From a virus (Duplodnaviria; Caudoviricetes): a stretch of 64,000 nucleotides of DNA. Of this stretch, positions 56,275 to 64,000 are shown piece by piece. The position numbers were made by a program, and so were the translations under genes. A model generated the notes under the pieces. The model was not told where the DNA came from. It made no database searches and worked only from the letters and a program-made list of their open reading frames with translations. The stretch is from IMG/VR virus record IMGVR_UViG_3300007177_000352, positions 1-64,000 of that record; one strand, 5' to 3'. Within the stretch, counting starts at the first letter, position 1. Each line of letters opens with the position of its first letter.

Positions 56275-59200
56275 TTACTTACGAATCTGCACTGGTCCTG
56301 CAGTTTGTTTAATCGCTCTCGTAATGGGTTGTCCTACCGTAATCTCTAAATTATTAACAGCACCTACAACCTGCTGCCGTTGTTGTTCTAGTAGTCTATT
56401 ATTATAGCGGACTTCTTCAATCAAAGTCAATAACAACTCCTCCATGCGTTTGCTATCACCACCTCTACTTGTTTGTGAAGCCTCGTTGACATTGACACGA
56501 ATGCCATAGTTTCTGAGGATTTCAGAAGATTGTGGGTCAACAATAATCTCCTTTTGGTGAATTTTCGCCGTCATATCCGCCGGGACAGAAGGTGTCCCTA
56601 CGTCATAACTGGGCAAATTTTCACCATCATCACTCATGTTGACATCACTCGTGTTGATACCTACAGGCGGTGCTTCTATGGAAACAACACTGGAAGTCTT
56701 TGCCATGGAAGCGGCAGAGGACAAAACTTCACTAGCGATTGAACCAAATGATTCTGCAATACTAGGAACAACATTCTGAATGGTTTCCAGTATTTCGGCA
56801 TGATAAGTGGCAGCCAGTTGTTGGTCAGCAATCCGGCGGACGATAAAATCATTTTCCGCTTGTTTTTCCTTTTCATCCTGTGCTTTTTTCAGATTTATCG
56901 CTTCCAGCTTTTCATCGCCAATTCTCTTTAAATCCTCCTCCCGCCATGTTGCTAGAGTTATGTCACGTATTGTCTCGCGCATATCTCTGTTTGCAGCGGC
57001 CATTAAATCCTCCTCACGCCACACCGTATGCCTGGCCAAATCCTCCTCACGCCACACCGTATGCCTGGCCAAATCCTCCTCCCGCCATGTTAAGAGTCTA
57101 GCCACTTCATCCTCTGCCGCTTTTCTATCCGTCGCCCGCCATGCTAAGAGTCTTTCTTTTTCCTGGGCACGTAATTTTTCTGTCGCTTCCTTGTCCGCCG
57201 TCCGTAATTTCTCGTTCAGTGCCCCTTCTTTATCCCATCGGCCTTTCCAAAAATTTTGCCACTCACTGGAAAGGTTAGTCAGTTTGATTATAATATCCTT
57301 GGCCCCACTAGATGACACATTAGAGATTGACAATGAATTTGCCCCACCTCCTGCTTGCAACACATCAGCCTTCCCCATGTCACCAGCTTTTTGCTGTGGT
57401 GACAACTGCGACATAAGACCTGGGCCTTGACTAACTCCACTCGTGACAGGAGACGCCGCTGGTAGGTAGCTAAACAAGCTAGGCATTTCTTTAGTCTCCC
57501 TAGACAGGCCGCCTGTTAATTTCCCGAAGTCCAGTTTAGGTAACTCAGTTTTTGTAGTCGCCAGTTTGCTATTGAGGCCATCTAATTCACCTTTGAGAGA
57601 AGACACACCAATAAGACTCTTACGCAACTCCTCTAAGGAGGCTTTAGCATTTTGAAAGTCGGCGTAGGTGTCTATTTTAATATCTACTCCCTTTGTTTGC
57701 ATCATAGACAAAGTATTGCGTTTATCCAATGCAGTATAAACCTCCGACTCGCTACGGCCTTGATTAATTGTGGCGCCTTTTAGCTGTTTAAGAGATTCAC
57801 CCAGTCCATTGACTATCAAACTAAGTTCACGATATTTAGCAAGGTCTTCTGCCGGCTTGGTCCCTTGTTGCGATTGAAAAGCAGTTAGTAATTCCTTATT
57901 CGTCTGCAAATAACCATCCTTAAATTGCGGCCAGAAACTCGCCCAGTCGGTGTCCTTACGATTCACTAATATTTGACTAACAAGATTAGATATGGATTGC
58001 GAAAAATCCTCCTTAACACCCATATCTTGCATCATCTTAGTAATGCCGGCCATATCCACTGACCCACTATATTGCCCGGACTTATCACGCGCACTGGTAA
58101 CATAACCACCGACTTTGGTGATAAACTCATCAAAGGAGGTAGTTAGGTTAGCTTTGGTAGCTATCTCTCTGTATTGTGAAAATGCAGTGAGTGCATTGTC
58201 AATAGCGGTTTGATTATCTTTAAAACCACCTTCTTTTTTAGTTACCTCCTTTTTAATATTTTCACCCTTGACAGCACCAATCAACTCATACAACGGTCCC
58301 GTGATATTGCGTTGCATAGCCTCGTCAAGTCTTTCTGCAACGATTAACTGATTCTCCGGTGACAACTGACTCATTAAGGCGTCAATATTCGTCTTTAGAC
58401 TACTCTTTAACCCGGCATCCATAGCAATGACATAATTGCCCAATTGCACAAGTTGACCCACCGACGCTTGTTGTAAAGCCGTGACGTTATTAGCAAAGTC
58501 AGTGTCATCAAAGGTCTTTTCGCTGGCCGCTTGCAACTGAGATTCAATACCACCGAGGCTGGTATTGAGTGATTGTAACTCAGCCTTAGCCAACTCCCGT
58601 AGCTTATTGCCTTCCGCTTCGGTATTTGCCTTGTTATCTGCTATCGCTTTTTCAGTGTCGGCCTTGGTACTCTCAATGAGTTTATCCGTGTCTGCTTTAG
58701 TATTCTCAATGAGTTTATCCGTGTCCGTCTTTTGCGTTTCAATAAGGTTAGTAAAATTCTCCTTTTCCTTTTCTATCATTGCACTGAATTGGTCATCTGG
58801 CATGGGGGTCGCCGCCGGACTGGTCAACTGAGTCGCAATATCTAGGCCCATAGAAGTGAGTAAGCTATTGACGCCTTGCAATTTCTCCATAGCCGCTTGC
58901 TGTAGCGGAAGGAGGTTAGCTATGTTTTTAGCCGTCTCAGTCTTATCTAAAGGGAGTTCCTTAGCTATCTTATCCGCTTCCGCTTCTGCAACACCTTTGA
59001 GGTCACTGATATTGCTATTCACATCATTAAAGATGTTAGTGTAATCCTCACTGGACGCATAATAACCTTGTGCCTCTTTGAGATAACCTTGTGCCTTGGC
59101 CGTGACTTGACCCATAGCCTCCACGTCCCCCGATTTAGCTAATCGTAAGGTCTCCTCATACTGACGCCGTGCCTCTGTTAATCGTTGCGTTGGATTATAT

Positions 59201-62200
59201 GTGGTCAACTCGCCCAATTTAAGGTCGTCTAAGAAGCCTTTTAGTTGTTTAGAGAAGTCTATCAACTTATTATAGTGGTCAAGCTGTTTCGCTTCAGCCT
59301 CCTTTTGCTTCTCGAACCGTTGATTCTCAAGGTCAATTTGTTCTTGCAATGACTCCAAAATGAGACCTTTATAGGTCTCCAATTTCTTGACACTTTCCTC
59401 CGTGACTGGCATATTGCTACTTATTGAACCTTGCATAGCATTCAACTTCTCAATAGCCGTGGTGCCGGGCAAAGACATATCCTTTGCCAATTTTTCCATA
59501 TCAGATTTCACGGCGTCCTGTAAAGAAGCCACCGCGTCCTTAACCTTGGTTAAAGTCTCCTGTAACTTCTTAGCCGCCTCTTGAATCTTCTCAAGGTGCT
59601 TGATTTTAGTATCGCGTTCCGTTTCCAGAGACTTGATAACGTCGTCCCGTGCCTTTTCAGCAGCCTTAATTTTCTCGTCCCGTTCCTTTTCCAGTCGCTT
59701 GATAGTCTCATCTTGAGTCTTTTCTAGTTGTTTAGTGACGGCCTCATTGGCTTTATCAAGGTCGGCCAATTGTTCTCGCAGTGCCTCCCCAATTCCTTTT
59801 CTATACTCTTCACCTAACTTAACGAGCTTCTCCCCGTCTGCTATGGCTTGCTTGTTATTCTCTTGACCTTGCTTCAAGATAGCAATATTAGCTTCACTGA
59901 TAGCTAATAGGGACTGACTTGATTGTTGCAACGCGCTGGCCGACACACCTTGCAATTGCGTGGTGTCTATTTCAGCTACCTTGCCTATTGCAGTGCGTGA
60001 CCCGGTATCTTTAGCCATAGAGGACTGGAAGGTTGCAATGGCATTGGCAAACTCACCACTGGTTTTTTCCTTTAAGGCAGTCTTCTTACCTCCCTTGCCT
60101 AATTCAGCATCCAGGGCCGTAATATCGTCTGCAATAGAATTCATTATTCCAGTAACACTCTCTTTAAGTTTCGTAAAGCCTGCGATAATCTCATCGTGAG
60201 TCTTTAACACCGCGTCCTTTTCTTTCGTCACGGCATCTATTCTGAACTTAGACTCCTCCATAAGAAGTTTACGATATTTCTCTATATTAGCAATCGCCTT
60301 TTCAGATTCTTTCGCACTGTCTTTATCAATCTCTTTGGCCAGGTCAATACCTTTGAAGTCATTAAGACTCTTTTGCAAAGATTGCATTTGCGCATTGCGC
60401 CGGGCGGCGACGGCATTCTCATCTTGAGTATCAAATGACTGAATATCAGAAGCTATGGATTCAGAAACAGCACCGAGTTTGTCTGCTAATTTACCAAAGA
60501 CATCAAAGAATTTATCCACCTGCTTCATGAGGTCGGCTTGTACCTTTTCCGCTTCCTGTTTCGCCTTTTCCGCGGCCTCGTCAGCTTGCTTTTGCGCTTC
60601 CTCCTGGGCCTTCTTTTGTTCCTCCTCAATACTACTTTCCCTAGCCTTCATAGCCTCCACATAAGACTTGGAGTTATTGATAAACTCGTCCACTGATAGC
60701 CCAGCTTGTTTTGCCATAGCTTCCAACTGGTCGGCATTCATTCTGGATAACGACCCTGCGACAGCTTGTGAAGTGGACCCTAGGCCACCTAGCTTGCTTG
60801 TGAGATTAGGCACCGTCTTAGACAGGTTAGAGAGTGTGTAATCATAGTCAGTCATTGATGACGCCATTTTATCCATTTCACCGCGGAATCCGTTTAAAGA
60901 ATCCGTAATCGCTTTAGCCTCCTCTGCCATGCTTTGTAAAGCCGACACATAACCACCGATGTCACTAACAAAGTCGTCAGTGGACACACCTAACGATTTG
61001 GCCATTTCAACAACCCGCGCCGGGTCCATAGATGCAAATTGAGAAGCAACCTCCTCGGCAGTTTTACCTGACAGACCCATCGAACTGATTAGGTTAGGAT
61101 ACTTGCTACCAAGTTGATTGACGGTATATTCAGAATCTTTCATACCACTGGTGAGCTTCTTAAAGCCGTCTTGCATCCCTTGTACAGACTGAATAGCGGC
61201 CTTGGTCTCCGCTTCTTGAGAAGCCAGTGTATTGATATACGTAGTAGCATTCTCTAAGAACTGGTCGGTGGTGACCTTGCTTGTTTTAGCCAACTCCTCT
61301 AATTTTGCATCATCTAAAGAGGCTAGTTGATTAGCTACGTCTTTAGAATTAGTCCCCAGTCCTTTTAAACTGTCAATCAGTGACGGGAACTTAGAAGTCA
61401 GGTTATTCAGTGTCAACTCACTTTCAGATAGCGTGCCACCTAACTTGGTCATCTCAGTTCTAAAAGAGGATAACTGTTCGGCTTTAGCTTTGGTCTCCTC
61501 CGCTTGTGCAGTCAGGACGCCGGTATACGCCTCCACATCACCCATGAATGCTTCTACACTCACGCCTAACGATTTGGCCATATCTGCAATTTGCTGACTA
61601 CTCATAGAATCAAATTGTTTCGCTACATCCTGCGCAGTCACGCCAGCCTTAAAGAGTGTGTCACTGAGACTTGGGTATTGTTTCTTAAGACGTTCCAACG
61701 TCGCTTCATTATCAGTCATACCAGTCGCCATTTGGTGCATCTTATCTTTGAATGAACCAATTTGACCTTGCAATTCCTTAACGGCGCCTAGATAAGCAAG
61801 AGTGGCTTCTTTAGCCTCCTCTGGTGCTATCTTATTAGCTTCGGCCCAGGCAAGCATATCGTTATCCGTCATTCCTTGAATAGCGGTAGCGGCTTCCGTC
61901 ACATTGAGTCCTAAAGCATTCGTTGCTAGGTTTAAGTCAGGATACTTTTTAGCTAAATCATCTATCGTCTTTTCAGCACCTTGTAACGGATTGATAAGCT
62001 CTGCTAAACCAGTTCGCAAATCTTTAAACACTTGACCGCTAGGGAGTGCGTTGGCAAACGCTTGTATATCCTCTTTCAACTTATCCGTGGTCACATCTAA
62101 AGAAGCGGCCATTGACTCTAAGTCAGCTTCGGATAGATTAGCAAACTGACCCGCGGCCTGTTCGGCAGTTAGTCCACTCTTTAAGATTTGAGAAGACAGT

Positions 62201-64000
62201 GACGGATACTGACTGGCTAGTTTTTGTAAAGTCAAGTCATTGTCAGTGACGCCTCCTTTTAACTTGACCATCGTTTCATGGAATGAGTTAAAGGACTCTT
62301 GATTAGCCGCTATCATATTCACCCACTCAGTGCTATCCGTGCGTAGCTTATCCGTGGTCACATCTAAAGATTTAGCCAGTTCCTCAAATTCAGCGTCACT
62401 CAATTGACCAAAGTAGGTGGCCGCGTCTTTAGCAGATAAGGAGGTACTATTTAAGGTACTTGCTAAAGTTGGATAAGACGCGGTTAAATTCTTGAGTGCT
62501 ATATCACTATCACCATACGTCCCGGTAGCTTTTAGCATCGTGTCACGGTAGCCTGCCATTGCCTCTTGATTGGCTTTAATTGCCTCGTCATTGGCCGCCA
62601 GCACACCTACCCATGCTTGAGAATCTGCAATAAACTCAGCTTGCATGGCCGGGAGGATGCCTAACTCATTCATAAGTGACTGCATATCCATAGATGCAAA
62701 CTGAGTAGCCGCTTCTTTAGCAGTCATAGAGGAGTCATTGATAGCAGTGGCAAGCGCTGGATATTTAGCTGTAAGTCCCTCCAATGTGATTTGAGAATCA
62801 TTGGCGGCCCCGGCGGTTTTGCGCATTTCATTTTGAAAGTCACTTATCGCTTTGGTACTCTCCTTTAAACCATCATCTTGTTGTTTCAAGATACCTAACC
62901 ATGTCCCAGCGTCGGCCTTGAGTGTATCAAAGTCAGTTCCTAATAAGGTAGCCAAGTTCCTTAATTCGTCATCAGATAAACTATTAAACCGTTCCGCAGC
63001 TTCTTTAGCGGTCATAGAAGAGTCATTCAGAATGCCACTTAGACTAGGATACTTATCACTGAGATTCTTGAGAGACAACTCGTTATCAGTCATGGCGCCA
63101 GACATCAATACCAAGCTATCTCTAAACTCTTTCATACTAGCGGCCTGACTCTTAGTCACATCCTCCATAGACTGAGTAGAACTTACGAAAGTCTCGGCGT
63201 CGGCTTTAAACTGGTCAGTGGTAACTCCAAAGCGCACAGCTAGGCTAGTTATATCCGCATCAGATAAGGTGGAAAAGTAAGTAGCTAATTCCTTAGAGGA
63301 CTTGCCTTGCACATCACTAAAGTCACCATAGGTATTGGATAATTTACTAAGACTGACCTGCGCGTCACTGGTGCCAGTGGCAATTTGACCCATCTTAGTT
63401 CTAAAATCAATAAAGCCTTGTGCTAGGTTCTTAGCCTCCTCCTCTATCGTCTTAGTGTTATTCACCCATGATTCAGTGTCGGCTTCAAATTTTTCAATGG
63501 ACACACCATATTGGTTAGCCAACGCCTCTATTTGAGTATTGTCTAGTCCACTAAAGAATTTGGCCATAGCTTTAGAATCCATGCCTTGAGTCATTTCAGT
63601 CAGGTAAGGACTCTTTTGAGATAGACTCTTGATATTCGTAGTGGCTTCGGATTCACCCGACACCATTTGATTCATTTTACCGCGCCACGAATCCATGCCT
63701 TGTTGCAATTCATTGACGGCACCGAAGTAAGCCGTGGTCTTCTCTTTAAGTTGGTCAGTGGTAAGACCATATTGTTCTGCAAATGCTATCAACTGGTCGT
63801 CCGGCATAGATAGCATCGCTTTAGCCGCGGCTTGCGTATCTAACGTCATTGCATGGGCCGCGAGACCTAATCCCGCGAACTCCTTATCTAGGACGTTTAT
63901 CGTTTTCTGCTTCCCTTGGTTATTGGGATTAGCTATTTCTTCTAACGAGTCACGGAACGATTTAAGGTTGTCTGCTTGTGACTTCAAAGCCTCCTCTTGT
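56275..64000 (-). CDS. tape measure protein, 5' truncated by window edge (>2570 aa)
   Basis: long helical repeat protein upstream of tail tip genes; C-terminal PSYDVGTPSVPADM.AKIHQKE motif; frame stays open to base 64000. Confidence 0.85.
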   Translation of the reverse strand, partial: QEEALKSQADNLKSFRDSLEEIANPNNQGKQKTINVLDKEFAGLGLAAHAMTLDTQAAAKAMLSMPDDQLIAFAEQYGLTTDQLKEKTTAYFGAVNELQQGMDSWRGKMNQMVSGESEATTNIKSLSQKSPYLTEMTQGMDSKAMAKFFSGLDNTQIEALANQYGVSIEKFEADTESWVNNTKTIEEEAKNLAQGFIDFRTKMGQIATGTSDAQVSLSKLSNTYGDFSDVQGKSSKELATYFSTLSDADITSLAVRFGVTTDQFKADAETFVSSTQSMEDVTKSQAASMKEFRDSLVLMSGAMTDNELSLKNLSDKYPSLSGILNDSSMTAKEAAERFNSLSDDELRNLATLLGTDFDTLKADAGTWLGILKQQDDGLKESTKAISDFQNEMRKTAGAANDSQITLEGLTAKYPALATAINDSSMTAKEAATQFASMDMQSLMNELGILPAMQAEFIADSQAWVGVLAANDEAIKANQEAMAGYRDTMLKATGTYGDSDIALKNLTASYPTLASTLNSTSLSAKDAATYFGQLSDAEFEELAKSLDVTTDKLRTDSTEWVNMIAANQESFNSFHETMVKLKGGVTDNDLTLQKLASQYPSLSSQILKSGLTAEQAAGQFANLSEADLESMAASLDVTTDKLKEDIQAFANALPSGQVFKDLRTGLAELINPLQGAEKTIDDLAKKYPDLNLATNALGLNVTEAATAIQGMTDNDMLAWAEANKIAPEEAKEATLAYLGAVKELQGQIGSFKDKMHQMATGMTDNEATLERLKKQYPSLSDTLFKAGVTAQDVAKQFDSMSSQQIADMAKSLGVSVEAFMGDVEAYTGVLTAQAEETKAKAEQLSSFRTEMTKLGGTLSESELTLNNLTSKFPSLIDSLKGLGTNSKDVANQLASLDDAKLEELAKTSKVTTDQFLENATTYINTLASQEAETKAAIQSVQGMQDGFKKLTSGMKDSEYTVNQLGSKYPNLISSMGLSGKTAEEVASQFASMDPARVVEMAKSLGVSTDDFVSDIGGYVSALQSMAEEAKAITDSLNGFRGEMDKMASSMTDYDYTLSNLSKTVPNLTSKLGGLGSTSQAVAGSLSRMNADQLEAMAKQAGLSVDEFINNSKSYVEAMKARESSIEEEQKKAQEEAQKQADEAAEKAKQEAEKVQADLMKQVDKFFDVFGKLADKLGAVSESIASDIQSFDTQDENAVAARRNAQMQSLQKSLNDFKGIDLAKEIDKDSAKESEKAIANIEKYRKLLMEESKFRIDAVTKEKDAVLKTHDEIIAGFTKLKESVTGIMNSIADDITALDAELGKGGKKTALKEKTSGEFANAIATFQSSMAKDTGSRTAIGKVAEIDTTQLQGVSASALQQSSQSLLAISEANIAILKQGQENNKQAIADGEKLVKLGEEYRKGIGEALREQLADLDKANEAVTKQLEKTQDETIKRLEKERDEKIKAAEKARDDVIKSLETERDTKIKHLEKIQEAAKKLQETLTKVKDAVASLQDAVKSDMEKLAKDMSLPGTTAIEKLNAMQGSISSNMPVTEESVKKLETYKGLILESLQEQIDLENQRFEKQKEAEAKQLDHYNKLIDFSKQLKGFLDDLKLGELTTYNPTQRLTEARRQYEETLRLAKSGDVEAMGQVTAKAQGYLKEAQGYYASSEDYTNIFNDVNSNISDLKGVAEAEADKIAKELPLDKTETAKNIANLLPLQQAAMEKLQGVNSLLTSMGLDIATQLTSPAATPMPDDQFSAMIEKEKENFTNLIETQKTDTDKLIENTKADTDKLIESTKADTEKAIADNKANTEAEGNKLRELAKAELQSLNTSLGGIESQLQAASEKTFDDTDFANNVTALQQASVGQLVQLGNYVIAMDAGLKSSLKTNIDALMSQLSPENQLIVAERLDEAMQRNITGPLYELIGAVKGENIKKEVTKKEGGFKDNQTAIDNALTAFSQYREIATKANLTTSFDEFITKVGGYVTSARDKSGQYSGSVDMAGITKMMQDMGVKEDFSQSISNLVSQILVNRKDTDWASFWPQFKDGYLQTNKELLTAFQSQQGTKPAEDLAKYRELSLIVNGLGESLKQLKGATINQGRSESEVYTALDKRNTLSMMQTKGVDIKIDTYADFQNAKASLEELRKSLIGVSSLKGELDGLNSKLATTKTELPKLDFGKLTGGLSRETKEMPSLFSYLPAASPVTSGVSQGPGLMSQLSPQQKAGDMGKADVLQAGGGANSLSISNVSSSGAKDIIIKLTNLSSEWQNFWKGRWDKEGALNEKLRTADKEATEKLRAQEKERLLAWRATDRKAAEDEVARLLTWREEDLARHTVWREEDLARHTVWREEDLMAAANRDMRETIRDITLATWREEDLKRIGDEKLEAINLKKAQDEKEKQAENDFIVRRIADQQLAATYHAEILETIQNVVPSIAESFGSIASEVLSSAASMAKTSSVVSIEAPPVGINTSDVNMSDDGENLPSYDVGTPSVPADMTAKIHQKEIIVDPQSSEILRNYGIRVNVNEASQTSRGGDSKRMEELLLTLIEEVRYNNRLLEQQRQQVVGAVNNLEITVGQPITRAIKQTAGPVQIRK

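Noticed and set aside
63985-63987. TTG start of the tape measure protein
   Set aside because: Frame stays open to the window edge (..QEEALKSQ..), so the gene is truncated.

Overview
The window is a 64-kb section of a tailed dsDNA phage genome, truncated at both ends, with plasmid-like maintenance genes, so it is probably a phage-plasmid. The beta clamp and sigma54 activator look gammaproteobacterial (inference). No integrase, clear repressor, tRNA, rRNA or CRISPR array was seen. Left to right: (1) partial amino-methyltransferase and leftward early genes driven by a repeated sigma70 promoter family, including a 4-copy tandem array (6.1-6.4 kb); (2) an iteron-rich origin-like region and a P4/D5-type SF3 helicase whose leader carries a convergent antisense-RNA switch; (3) ASCH, Gp37/Gp68, FtsK-like ATPase, ParM/ParR with a centromere-like site, LprI-like protein and T4-type lysozyme; (4) Mu-like/lambda-like head and non-contractile tail genes in a permuted order; (5) a sigma54 enhancer-binding protein, a PduO-type cobalamin adenosyltransferase, a class II ribonucleotide reductase, a second origin-like region and dnaN; (6) between the terminase subunits, three ParB-N + enzyme cassettes (GREB1/TAGT-like glycosyltransferase, B12-type radical SAM, C5 methyltransferase); (7) RecE/RecT-like genes, a separate TOPRIM primase, a second centromere-like site, VRR-NUC and SSB; (8) opposite-strand tail fibre, tail hub and a >2570-aa tape measure protein running off the end. 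Best candidates for new biology: the modular ParB-N/DNA-modification cassettes tied to a cobalamin theme, the antisense-RNA-controlled helicase with duplicated origins and centromeres, the phage sigma54 activator, and the FtsK-lysozyme-LprI module.
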